Source: a virus | Taxonomy: Duplodnaviria > Caudoviricetes | Length of the DNA: 25,761 bases | Reading direction: 5' to 3' (one strand) | IMG/VR virus record: IMGVR_UViG_3300031939_000024 | Location: 1-25,761 of that record | In this document: in pieces, positions 8,422-16,103 of the stretch | How the letters are laid out: every line of letters begins with the position of its first letter | Numbering within the stretch: the stretch's first letter is position 1 | Notes under the pieces: model-generated | Seen by the model: only the letters and a program-made list of their open reading frames with translations | Databases searched by the model: none | Told to the model about the DNA's origin: nothing | Position numbers and translations under genes: made by a program

Positions 8422-8705
8422 TCACCCCAGAAGAGATCCGCCAGCGCTTCGGCTACCACCGGGCCCGCCCGCCGCAGGAGGTCCCCAAGGGCGAGGTCAA
8501 CACCGCCGCACTGCACGCCACGGTGCGCCAGGCCTACATCCAGATGGCCGAGCTGGTGCTGCACGTGACCCGCCCGAGCCGGGAGCAGTCCCAGGCGCTG
8601 ACCGACCTGCAGACCTCGATGATGTGGGTCAACGCTGAGATCGCCCGGCACGCTCCGCTGGTCGATGAGGACCCCGAGGCGCTGCGCGCTGGCGGGGAGC
8701 GCTGA
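8418..8705 (+). CDS. Acb2/Tad1-like helical-hairpin protein (candidate immune-signal sponge), 95 aa
   Basis: ATGA overlap, GAGG RBS; RFGYH ... VR..Y..MA..V....PSREQSQALTDLQTSMMWVNAEIAR matches the recalled family pattern FxYH...PxSRExSxAxTxL...MWxNxxIA. Confidence 0.7.
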   Translation: MITPEEIRQRFGYHRARPPQEVPKGEVNTAALHATVRQAYIQMAELVLHVTRPSREQSQALTDLQTSMMWVNAEIARHAPLVDEDPEALRAGGER

Positions 8706-9601
8706 TGCCCTCACTGAAGGAGCTGATCCGACACGCCGAGGCCGGGGACGACCTGATCGTCACCGGTCCGCACGTGCGCTGGCTGGAGCGCCTCGAGCAC
8801 GAGAAGCAGCCCAACCTCAAGGCCATGGCGCACGTCATCAAGGTCCACCTGGGTCAGCTCAAGCACGAGCGGCCGGGCCGCTTCTCGCCCTCCTCCATGG
8901 GTGAGTGCGCCCGGCGCCTGGTGCTGGGGTATGCCGGCGCCCCGCAGCTGCCGCCCGACATCGACAACCAGGAGATGATGGATCACGGCACCTCTGGGCA
9001 CCTGAAGTGGCAGATCGAGGGGCTGACGCTGGGGTACATGACCGACGCGGAGGTCTGGGTCCATGACCCCGAGCTGCTCTCTGGCGGCAGCATCGACGCC
9101 ACCTTGGTCGACGGCTCGATCTTCGAGCTCAAGACCGCCGGGCTCTACGTCTACAACAAGATCGTGCTCAACGAGCGCTGGCCCAAGTGGGAGAACCTGC
9201 TGCAGGTGCACAACTACTTCCTGCTGACCGGGGCCGACTGGGCCAGCATCGTCTACGAGGACCGCTCCGGCGGGCAGTTCCACGAGTTCCGCGTGGAGCG
9301 CGACGCCAAGATCGAGGCCGAGGTGCTGCGCCGGCTGAAGTCCTACAAGGGCTACGTCGAGGCCGACGAACTCCCGCCGATGCTCGACATGTGCGAGCAG
9401 CGGATCGGGGCCACCTACCGGCGCTGCCCGTACCGCAAGAACTGCCCCACGGTGCACACCGTCAGCGCGGCGCAGGAGCTGAGGACCGGCGATGGAGGGC
9501 GTCTGGTGCCGCTCGCCGAGGCGCTGCCCGGCTGGGCGAGCACGCTGCTGCAGCAGGTCGAGCAGCTGGAGGAGCTGGAGGCCGCCAATGCCGCAGAGTG
9601 A
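8705..9601 (+). CDS. Cas4-like / PD-(D/E)xK exonuclease
   Basis: FSPSSMGECARR, GTSGH, GSID...IFELKT, QVHNY, C-terminal C...CPY..NC; not CRISPR-linked here. Confidence 0.85.
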   Translation: MPSLKELIRHAEAGDDLIVTGPHVRWLERLEHEKQPNLKAMAHVIKVHLGQLKHERPGRFSPSSMGECARRLVLGYAGAPQLPPDIDNQEMMDHGTSGHLKWQIEGLTLGYMTDAEVWVHDPELLSGGSIDATLVDGSIFELKTAGLYVYNKIVLNERWPKWENLLQVHNYFLLTGADWASIVYEDRSGGQFHEFRVERDAKIEAEVLRRLKSYKGYVEADELPPMLDMCEQRIGATYRRCPYRKNCPTVHTVSAAQELRTGDGGRLVPLAEALPGWASTLLQQVEQLEELEAANAAE

Positions 9602-10112
9602 AACGGCCGATGTCGGCATCGACATCGGCAAGCGCCGCATCGCGCTGGGCTGGCCCTACTGGAAGGTCTCCCGGGCCATCGACCTGGTCAAGCCCGGCGA
9701 GCGCGGACAGGAGCTGCGCGCCCTGACCGACTGGCTGTGCCGCCAGCTGCCAGACGGGGCCCGGCTGTGGATCGAGATGCCCTACCTGAGCAACGGCCCC
9801 GGCGCGAACCAGAGCACCACCATCGGGATGGCCGAGACCGTGGGGGCGATCAAGGCAGCGGCGCCGTGGGCCGAGATCAGCGAAGTTGGACAGTCGACCT
9901 GGAAGGCCAAGGTCTGCGGCAACGGCCGGGCCACCAAGAACGAGGTGGCCGCCTGGCTGGCCGATAACCACCCCTCGCTCTATGAGGCCACCGGAGGCCT
10001 GGAGGACCAGGTCGATGCGATGTGCATCGGGCTGTACGGGATGTTCCGTACGCTGGGCCAGATACCGCCTCCAGAGCCCAAGCGGTCCAAGCGCAGGAAG
10101 GCTGGCCCATGA
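9588..10112 (+). CDS. ruvC: RuvC-like Holliday junction resolvase
   Basis: VGIDIG, WIEMP, WKAKVCGNGRATKNEV, DQVDAMCIG; ATG 9588 after GGAGG. Confidence 0.85.
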   Translation: MPQSETADVGIDIGKRRIALGWPYWKVSRAIDLVKPGERGQELRALTDWLCRQLPDGARLWIEMPYLSNGPGANQSTTIGMAETVGAIKAAAPWAEISEVGQSTWKAKVCGNGRATKNEVAAWLADNHPSLYEATGGLEDQVDAMCIGLYGMFRTLGQIPPPEPKRSKRRKAGP

Positions 10113-10630
10113 GCGATGACCTGCCCCCAGACGACGTCCGGCCCAAGGAGGAGCGCGAGGACAACGTCCTGGTCTTCCGCAACGCCACCGGCTCCCCGGT
10201 CGCGGTACCGAGCTCGGTGGTCACTGAGGCCGAGCGGGCCTACCGCTGCCACCAGATGCGCATCCAGGGGGTGAGCTGGGGTGAGATCGCCCAGCAGGAG
10301 AACTACACCAGCGCTGGCGCGGCCAAGTCCGACGTCGACCGATACATGGCCGAGGCCCGCTCCCTGGTGGTCGAGGCCAGCGCCCGGGAGATGCTCACCC
10401 TCGAGGTCAACCGGCTGGACGCGCTGCAGCAGGCGATGTGGACCAACGCCATGTCCGGCCACGTCCCCTCGGCCCAGCTGATCATGAACATCATCGTCAA
10501 CCGCGCCAAGCTCGTGGGCCTTGACCCCGAGAAGATGAGCGAGGAGGCGGACAAGGCCCGCACCGTGGTCGTCCCGGACAACCCGGACGGCTACCTCGCT
10601 GCGCTACAGCAGGCGGCAGAACACATCTGA
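10109..10630 (+). CDS. HTH DNA-binding protein, terminase small subunit-like
   Basis: ATGA overlap; MRIQGVSWGEIAQQENY HTH, then RLDALQQAMW..AMSG...RAKLVGLD as seen in actinophage TerS-like proteins. Confidence 0.6.
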   Translation: MSDDLPPDDVRPKEEREDNVLVFRNATGSPVAVPSSVVTEAERAYRCHQMRIQGVSWGEIAQQENYTSAGAAKSDVDRYMAEARSLVVEASAREMLTLEVNRLDALQQAMWTNAMSGHVPSAQLIMNIIVNRAKLVGLDPEKMSEEADKARTVVVPDNPDGYLAALQQAAEHI

Positions 10631-10717
10631 TCCGCCGACGTGTGATCACGGCGGACCGCCCTGGTTCGTCATACGGTTCTATCGAGCACATTGGTGCTCC
10701 CCGACTAGGAGGAAGCC

Positions 10718-11044
10718 ATGGCAGCTACCGATTCCACGGACGCCAAGAAGGACGCCGGCGCCGTCGACACCGACCCCACCCCCACCGAGATCGCCCAGCC
10801 CAAGGACCCCCAGGAGGTGCACACGGTGACCGACCGCCTGGGCATCGAGCGCCTGGTGCCCGCGGGTGACCCGGGCTGGGAGCCGGCGCCGACGGACCCC
10901 GACCCCGAGGCCGTCAAGCGCGCCGAGGAGCGCAACAAGGACGAGAAGACCTCCGCCGACACCGCTACTACCGCGGGGTCCAAGGACAGCTCGCCCACCT
11001 CCGGCTCCACCTCCGGGTCCACCGACAGCAAGGCCAAGGCGTGA
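10718..11044 (+). CDS. Acidic, low-complexity hypothetical protein (108 aa)
   Basis: AGGAGG RBS at ~10707; D/T/P/S-rich, probably mostly disordered. Confidence 0.75.
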   Translation: MAATDSTDAKKDAGAVDTDPTPTEIAQPKDPQEVHTVTDRLGIERLVPAGDPGWEPAPTDPDPEAVKRAEERNKDEKTSADTATTAGSKDSSPTSGSTSGSTDSKAKA

Positions 11045-11226
11045 AGGCCATCGAGCAGACCCGCCTGAGCGAGATCGCTCAGTTCTTGCGTACGGCGGCG
11101 ACGTGGGTCGAGGGCCCGCGCCGCACCAAGCTGCACGACGTCGCCAAGGAGCTGGACGGCGGCCTGGACAACCCCGGCGCCGAGATCGCCCCCAGCACCG
11201 AGAACCAGCCCCCGGCTGCTGGCTGA
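11041..11226 (+). CDS. Small hypothetical protein (61 aa)
   Basis: GTGA overlap with the upstream gene; ends just before a hairpin. Confidence 0.65.
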   Translation: MKAIEQTRLSEIAQFLRTAATWVEGPRRTKLHDVAKELDGGLDNPGAEIAPSTENQPPAAG

Positions 11227-11240
11227 GCAGACAGCAGGAC

Positions 11241-11283
11241 AGGGCCCCGTGGTACGACTGGTACTGCGGGGCCCTTGCTATTC
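11241..11283 (+). terminator. 15-bp hairpin (two G-U pairs), terminator-like
   Basis: AGGGCCCCGTGGTAC / GTACTGCGGGGCCCT; the G-U pairs favour a + strand RNA structure. Confidence 0.6.
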
Positions 11284-11312
11284 ACCGACTACACCGTGGA
11301 GGACACGCATCA

Positions 11313-12308
11313 ATGGCACATCACTGGGACACCGGCTTCATGGTCCGCAAGCCCTCGTGGCACCGACTGGAGCGAGCCGTGCTGACCGGCAGCCCGCGCA
11401 GCTGGCAAGAGGCGCGCGAGCAGGCCGGACTGACCTGGGAGGTCGACGTCGAGACCGTCTACACCTCCAGCAGCGACATCGCCTTCCGCCCGGTACGCGG
11501 CTGGCAGGCGATCGTGCGTGACGACCTCGAGCAGGGCGACCCCGAGCGGATCCTCGCGATCCAGCCCAGCAGCTACCACGTCATCGCCAACGCCGAGTTC
11601 GGCGAGGTCATCAATGCCGCGCTGGGGATCGAGGGCGACGACGACCCGGTCGAGTTCGAGGCGCTGATGAGCCTGTACGGCGGCCGCCAGATCGTCGCGC
11701 TGTGCTTCTTCAAGCGGCCGCTGGAGCTGGAGTGGGACCCCAGCCAGACCTACCGATATCTGGCCCTGTCCAGCCGCCACGACGGCAGCGGAGGGCTGCG
11801 CGGCATACCCACCAACGTCCGGGTGCAGTGCGGCAACACCCTCTCCCTGGCCGAGATGATCGACGGGCGCCGGGTGGGCTTCACCATCCGGCACACCTCC
11901 AGCTGGAAAGACCGGGTCGCCGAGGTCGGCCGCGGCATCGCGGCGGCGCGCGGGGAGAGCGCGAAGTGGGCCGAGTTCGCCTCCCAGCTGGCGCAGTGGA
12001 AGGCCGGCCCGCGCCAGCGCGAGGCCTACCTCAAGCGCTTCCTGCCGGTCAGCGACGACATGGGCAAGCGGCAGGCCGACAACGTGGTGATCGCCCGGGA
12101 GAAGATCCGCGAGGTGCTCGCCTCCAGCACCTGTGAGCACATCGCCGGCACTGGGTACGGTCTGCTCATGGCCAGCACCGAATGGAGCGACCACCACCGC
12201 TCGCACACCACCAACGACTCCTACGTCAGCCGCCAGCTGCTGCGCAAGGAGGAGCCCAAGGCCCGGGCCGCCCGGGTGCTGCGCTCGATGGCCGGGGTCA
12301 AGGGCTGA
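11313..12308 (+). CDS. DUF932-like phage protein
   Basis: MAHH..., PSWHRL, AGLTWEV, YHVIANAE, SLYGGRQI, SRHDGSG, TNVRVQCGNTL, IRHT; GGAGG RBS before ATG 11313. Confidence 0.85.
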   Translation: MAHHWDTGFMVRKPSWHRLERAVLTGSPRSWQEAREQAGLTWEVDVETVYTSSSDIAFRPVRGWQAIVRDDLEQGDPERILAIQPSSYHVIANAEFGEVINAALGIEGDDDPVEFEALMSLYGGRQIVALCFFKRPLELEWDPSQTYRYLALSSRHDGSGGLRGIPTNVRVQCGNTLSLAEMIDGRRVGFTIRHTSSWKDRVAEVGRGIAAARGESAKWAEFASQLAQWKAGPRQREAYLKRFLPVSDDMGKRQADNVVIAREKIREVLASSTCEHIAGTGYGLLMASTEWSDHHRSHTTNDSYVSRQLLRKEEPKARAARVLRSMAGVKG

Positions 12309-12316
12309 CTCGAGCA

Positions 12317-12772
12317 GTGGAGGATCGCGCCGAACGCCGGTTGCAGGTGATGTTCGACTGCCTGGATGCGCAGGCATCTTCGGAGGCCGTCGCAGAAGCG
12401 CACATCAAGCTGGGCAACCAGGACCTGATGACGGTACGGGCGGGAGGGTCAGGCACACACTGCTGGCCCTCCCGCCCACCGTTCGAGTCCTATGAAGTGC
12501 TGCTGGACCACGACCCGGCCCGCTTCTGGAGCAAGTACACCGACATGGCGGGCATGGTCTACGCGCGGGTGCCGCGGCTGCTGGTGACCCACCACATCAC
12601 CAGGCACGGAGGAGCCAGCGAGGTGGTGTGCGGGACGCGTCCAGTGCGGCGCACAGGGATGCTGAACATCAAGATGAAGGTCACCGAGCAGGCCGAACCG
12701 GCCATCTGGCAGGCGCTCTCGAACATCGAGGGGGCCCAGATGATCAGCCAGACATTCGTTCTGCGGGAATGA
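12317..12772 (+). CDS. Hypothetical phage protein
   Basis: Fills the gap after the DUF932-like gene; start uncertain (GTG 12317 or ATG 12350); HCWP..PPFESYEV...VYARVP pattern. Confidence 0.65.
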   Translation: MEDRAERRLQVMFDCLDAQASSEAVAEAHIKLGNQDLMTVRAGGSGTHCWPSRPPFESYEVLLDHDPARFWSKYTDMAGMVYARVPRLLVTHHITRHGGASEVVCGTRPVRRTGMLNIKMKVTEQAEPAIWQALSNIEGAQMISQTFVLRE

Positions 12773-12773
12773 C

Positions 12774-12808
12774 TTGCCACCTGAGGTATAAGGTGTCATA
12801 CTTATACC
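12774..12808 (+). promoter_or_regulatory. SigA-like promoter with overlapping palindromic operator
   Basis: -35 TTGCCA (12774-12779), 17-bp spacer, TGn extended -10 CATACT (12797-12802); perfect inverted repeat GGTATAAG-N8-CTTATACC (12785-12808). Confidence 0.75.
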
Positions 12809-12842
12809 AACGACGACGGGAGCACTGTGCCCCGTGTCGGGA

Positions 12843-12889
12843 AGGCCCTGAGCACACGCTCGGGGCCTTTTCTCATCCCAGAGGAGAAG
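12843..12889 (+). repeat. Intergenic repeat copy A: terminator-like hairpin plus RBS element
   Basis: 12843-12876 is 33/34 identical to 13272-13305; 12872-12889 (CTCATCCCAGAGGAGAAG) is identical to 14304-14321. Confidence 0.9.
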
Positions 12890-12892
12890 ATC

Positions 12893-13234
12893 ATGACCAG
12901 CAAGAACGACGACCTCATCGAGGACATCATCGCTATCCGGCAGTTGCTGGCGGCTAACAAGATCTACGTCGAGCTGCTCGAGACGCACGCCGTCTCCATG
13001 CGTCAGCGCGTGGAGATGGTGCACCTGCGCAACAGGATGACCGCCCTGCCAGCCAACCCCGAGGTCGACCAGATGATCGCCCGGCTCGACGAGGGCATTG
13101 CCCAGGTCGACCTGCTGGACCAGGTGGTTGGCGCCGCCGACAAGATCGACCCCGCGAGCGATGACTACGTGGAACGGCTGGCCAAGGCCATCGAGCCGCT
13201 GCGTCACCTCTCGCTGGCGTTCGGAGGGAGCTGA
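12893..13234 (+). CDS. Hypothetical helical protein (113 aa)
   Basis: GAGGAG RBS within repeat A; ATG 12893. Confidence 0.8.
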   Translation: MTSKNDDLIEDIIAIRQLLAANKIYVELLETHAVSMRQRVEMVHLRNRMTALPANPEVDQMIARLDEGIAQVDLLDQVVGAADKIDPASDDYVERLAKAIEPLRHLSLAFGGS

Positions 13235-13271
13235 GCGGCGCCAAGCCAGTACCGCACGACCTGCACCAACG

Positions 13272-13305
13272 AGGCCCTGAGCACCCGCTCGGGGCCTTTT
13301 CTCAT
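13272..13305 (+). repeat. Intergenic repeat copy B (terminator-like hairpin + TTTTCTCAT)
   Basis: AGGCCCTGAGCACCCGCTCGGGGCCTTTTCTCAT; the single difference from copy A lies in the loop. Confidence 0.9.
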
Positions 13306-13340
13306 GCCCGCAGTAGCCCAACGAGTGAATGGAGCATCAG

Positions 13341-14000
13341 ATGAAGATCCGCATCAGTACAGCTCGGGCGGCCAGTGTCGCCCTGGCTGTCCTTGCCGCC
13401 GGCGCAGTCATCAGCGCGCCGGCGGCTTCTGCTACGTCCCGGCTGACCGCGGCGCAGCGCACTCTGGTCACCAACACACTGGCCCGGCACGGCATCAGCC
13501 CGACCGTGATCTCCGCGGTGCTGGCTGATCCCAGCGTGGCCGCCACGGTGCCCACCAGCGTCAGCGCTTCGACCACCGCTGGGGTGCCGTCCACCGCCAT
13601 GCAGCGGCCCAGCAACCTCGGGTCGTCCTGCTATGGGTCCAGCAACTGGGTCAAGCGCACCCAGTACGTCAACAACATGTACGGCCAGCACCTGGCCTAC
13701 ACCGCGTTGCGCACGGACTTCTGCTACAGCGGTGGCCGCGTGGTCTACGCCCACTCCACCCCGAGCCACTACATCTACCTGTGGGCCCGGGTCGGCCAAC
13801 AGTGGGAGGGCTTCGGTCCGCTCTCGGAGGGCTTCTACATCTACTACGGGCACACCAACGGCGGCGCCTCAGCGATGATCGAGGGGACCTTCGACATGTG
13901 CCTGCTGAAGTATGGCTGCATCTATCAGGAGGGCACGGTCGAGCGCACCTTCGTCCACTACAACGGGACCTGGGCGGCCAACGGATCGAGCTACAACTGA
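13341..14000 (+). CDS. Putative Sec-secreted protein with Cys/Tyr/Gly-rich C-terminal domain
   Basis: Signal peptide MKIRISTARAASVALAVLAAGAVISAPAASA (basic n-region, hydrophobic h-region, AxA site); Ser/Thr linker; four Cys in the mature domain; GGAG RBS before ATG 13341. Confidence 0.85.
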   Translation: MKIRISTARAASVALAVLAAGAVISAPAASATSRLTAAQRTLVTNTLARHGISPTVISAVLADPSVAATVPTSVSASTTAGVPSTAMQRPSNLGSSCYGSSNWVKRTQYVNNMYGQHLAYTALRTDFCYSGGRVVYAHSTPSHYIYLWARVGQQWEGFGPLSEGFYIYYGHTNGGASAMIEGTFDMCLLKYGCIYQEGTVERTFVHYNGTWAANGSSYN

Positions 14001-14248
14001 TGGCCGGCTACGAGGCCCCTGAACGGGCCGACCACACCACCCGCAACTGCACCCTGGCCATCCTGGCAGCGGTCGTGGCCGGCGGTCTCTTCCCCTACTT
14101 CGGGGCCGGGGTTGCCGTGGTGCTGGCCTACATCATGCGCAACCACAAGCGCACGATGGTGGCGTTGATCGTCATCGCGATCCTGTGGTTGATCTCGGGC
14201 ACGTTCTTCACCGCTGTCGGCGGCAACGGAGTAACCACCGGCGGCTGA
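14000..14248 (+). CDS. Small membrane protein (82 aa, 2-3 TM segments), candidate immunity protein
   Basis: TGATG coupling to the secreted protein; hydrophobic runs LAILAAVVAGGLFPYFGAGVAVVLAYIM and MVALIVIAILWLISGTFF. Confidence 0.75.
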   Translation: MAGYEAPERADHTTRNCTLAILAAVVAGGLFPYFGAGVAVVLAYIMRNHKRTMVALIVIAILWLISGTFFTAVGGNGVTTGG

Positions 14249-14271
14249 TCCACCTGCATCACAGCACCACC

Positions 14272-14321
14272 GCCCAGGGGCTGGCCACAGCCCCTGGGCT
14301 TCACTCATCCCAGAGGAGAAG
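14272..14321 (+). repeat. Intergenic element C: perfect 12-bp hairpin plus 18-bp RBS repeat
   Basis: GCCCAGGGGCTG/CAGCCCCTGGGC, then CTCATCCCAGAGGAGAAG identical to 12872-12889. Confidence 0.85.
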
Positions 14322-14329
14322 GAAGAACC

Positions 14330-14638
14330 ATGATGGATACACAGATCACTGCCGCCGAGGACCAGCTGGACGAGCAGATTCGAGAGCTTCTCGACCACTT
14401 CATCACCAGCCTGGCCCAGATGGCCGGCTTCGAGGGGGAGATGGTCCGCCGGGTCGCTGACCGGATCGCTGCCGAGTATCCGGGGTTCGCGGAGGCCATC
14501 CGAGCGGACCTGGAGCTCGGCGCCACGATGGAGCAAACCCGCCAGGGCGCCGACGCGCTCATCGAGGACTTGCGCCCTTTGGCTGGCATGTTCCGGGAGT
14601 TCGTCCTGACCGGCGACATCGCGGACAAGGAGGACTGA
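14330..14638 (+). CDS. Hypothetical acidic helical protein (102 aa)
   Basis: RBS within element C; coupled to the next gene by TGATG. Confidence 0.8.
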   Translation: MMDTQITAAEDQLDEQIRELLDHFITSLAQMAGFEGEMVRRVADRIAAEYPGFAEAIRADLELGATMEQTRQGADALIEDLRPLAGMFREFVLTGDIADKED

Positions 14639-15045
14639 TGGGCACCGAGGACTCGAACGTGATCTCGTTCGATCTGGCAGGGCTGTCCGCGCGCTGGTCC
14701 AGCATGGCGGTCCCGCGGCCCGCGCGACCCAGGACCTTCGAGCAGGACGTGCTGTTCCTGGTCGAGATCGGGGTCAGCAAGGACAACATCGTCGCTGGGA
14801 TGCATGACGCCTTCGGTCATCACAGCTACGCCGGCAAGCCGGACATGCGATGGCGCTACGCGATGCTGCGAGCGGCGGTCCGCGCTGACCTGGAGGCGCG
14901 GACCCAGGGGTTTCGCGCTCCTGGTGTTCGTGCTCCCTGGCGCGAGTCGCGCGTGGCCGTGGTCCAGCGCTTCCTTCGCGGAGGCATCACGCTGGCCTTC
15001 ACTGCCGCCTTCATGGCTCTGTGCACGGTGCAGTGGTTCGGATGA
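14638..15045 (+). CDS. Hypothetical protein with C-terminal membrane anchor
   Basis: AGGAGG RBS; TGATG overlap; hydrophobic tail GITLAFTAAFMALCTVQWFG. Confidence 0.7.
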   Translation: MGTEDSNVISFDLAGLSARWSSMAVPRPARPRTFEQDVLFLVEIGVSKDNIVAGMHDAFGHHSYAGKPDMRWRYAMLRAAVRADLEARTQGFRAPGVRAPWRESRVAVVQRFLRGGITLAFTAAFMALCTVQWFG

Positions 15046-15362
15046 GCGAGACCGACCACGTGATGCTGTTCGACGACCCGGACCAGCGCGTGCGCACACA
15101 CCTGCTGCGCTGGAAGGCGTCCTGGCCACCGCCGGAGGAGCTGTTGCTGGTTACCGGCCGCAGCACCTCGGTGCAGGCGCTGGTCATTCCTCAGGGCCTA
15201 CCAGAGCTGAAGGCTCTGGCGGCCAGGGACGGCGTGGACGTCAACACCCTATACAAGATCGAGCGCTACACCCGGCAGAGCTACTCGGAGTTGCCCGAGA
15301 GCGCTGTTGGTCCGGACTCACACGTCGCTCGAGGAGCGGCATACATCAAGGAGCAGAAGTGA
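15042..15362 (+). CDS. Hypothetical protein (106 aa)
   Basis: ATGA overlap (MSETDHVMLFD...). Confidence 0.7.
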   Translation: MSETDHVMLFDDPDQRVRTHLLRWKASWPPPEELLLVTGRSTSVQALVIPQGLPELKALAARDGVDVNTLYKIERYTRQSYSELPESAVGPDSHVARGAAYIKEQK

Positions 15363-15559
15363 GTGGCAAGCACGCGCAAGACGAACCCAACACCTTCATG
15401 GAGGTCAGCGAGATGGGCCGCCAGCTGGCGCTGAGCATGCACACCAGCGACACCGTCAGCCGGGCTCGAGCAGCCCTGCAGAGGGACGGCGTCCCCGCCG
15501 CGCTGAAGATCATCGAGCAAGGGGCCCCGCGCTTCGTGCGGCTGGGAGGCACGAAGTGA
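15359..15559 (+). CDS. Small hypothetical protein (66 aa)
   Basis: GTGA overlap, AAGGAG RBS; 3' part of the 14804..15559 ORF. Confidence 0.65.
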   Translation: MSGKHAQDEPNTFMEVSEMGRQLALSMHTSDTVSRARAALQRDGVPAALKIIEQGAPRFVRLGGTK

Positions 15560-15954
15560 CACCCACCAAGCGCCGCAGCGGGCGCCTGCTGAAGATGCCC
15601 GACCCGGACATCGCCGACCAGGTGGCCAAGCTGCCGGACACCATGCTGGCCTGCCGGGACATCCAGCACGCCTGGGCGGTGGACGTCCCGTTCTACCGGC
15701 AGCGGGTCAAAGGGGAGCCGCGCAACACCATGCAGGTGACCCGCACCGTGGTCTGCATGCGGTGCGAGACCCAGCGGGTGGAGCACTACCGCATCTCCAA
15801 GCGCCCCGACGGCAGGCTGGTCCGGATGGAGAAGATCTCCAACCACTACGTCTACCCGGACGCCTACCACCTGCGCGGCGCCGGCAAGCAGGCCGAGGTC
15901 CGCAGCGTGGTCCGCATCGAGCAGATCAACCGCGCGCTGGGAGGTCTGTCCTGA
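15556..15954 (+). CDS. Putative Zn-binding phage protein
   Basis: GTGA overlap, GGAGG RBS; CRD..HAW ... CMRC ... YPDAY motif. Confidence 0.75.
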   Translation: MTPTKRRSGRLLKMPDPDIADQVAKLPDTMLACRDIQHAWAVDVPFYRQRVKGEPRNTMQVTRTVVCMRCETQRVEHYRISKRPDGRLVRMEKISNHYVYPDAYHLRGAGKQAEVRSVVRIEQINRALGGLS

Positions 15955-16088
15955 TGACGCCGATGCTGTTCTACAAGGACGGCCAGTTGCTCGATCTGGA
16001 CACCGTGCTGGCGCCCGGTGACATACTCTGCGACGAGCTGGGCCGCCGGTTCCGTTACGTCTCAGAGGATCTGATCGAGCGGATCTGA
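15954..16088 (+). CDS. Small hypothetical protein (44 aa)
   Basis: TGATG overlap, GGAGG RBS; MTPMLFYKDG... Confidence 0.6.
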   Translation: MTPMLFYKDGQLLDLDTVLAPGDILCDELGRRFRYVSEDLIERI

Positions 16089-16103
16089 GCGAAGACCAGC
16101 ACG

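Noticed and set aside
8705-9601. Cas4-like gene as evidence of a CRISPR-Cas system
   Set aside because: No cas1, cas2 or effector genes and no array; stand-alone Cas4-like exonucleases are common in phage replication modules.
10695-10704. GTGCTCCCCG resembling the start of a type I-E CRISPR repeat (solitary repeat)
   Set aside because: Only 10 nt match and the complementary GCGGGGAT arm is absent.
12843-13305. 34-bp palindromic direct repeats as a mini-CRISPR array
   Set aside because: Only two copies, 429 bp apart with a whole gene between them; they resemble terminators, not repeats flanking 30-40-nt spacers.
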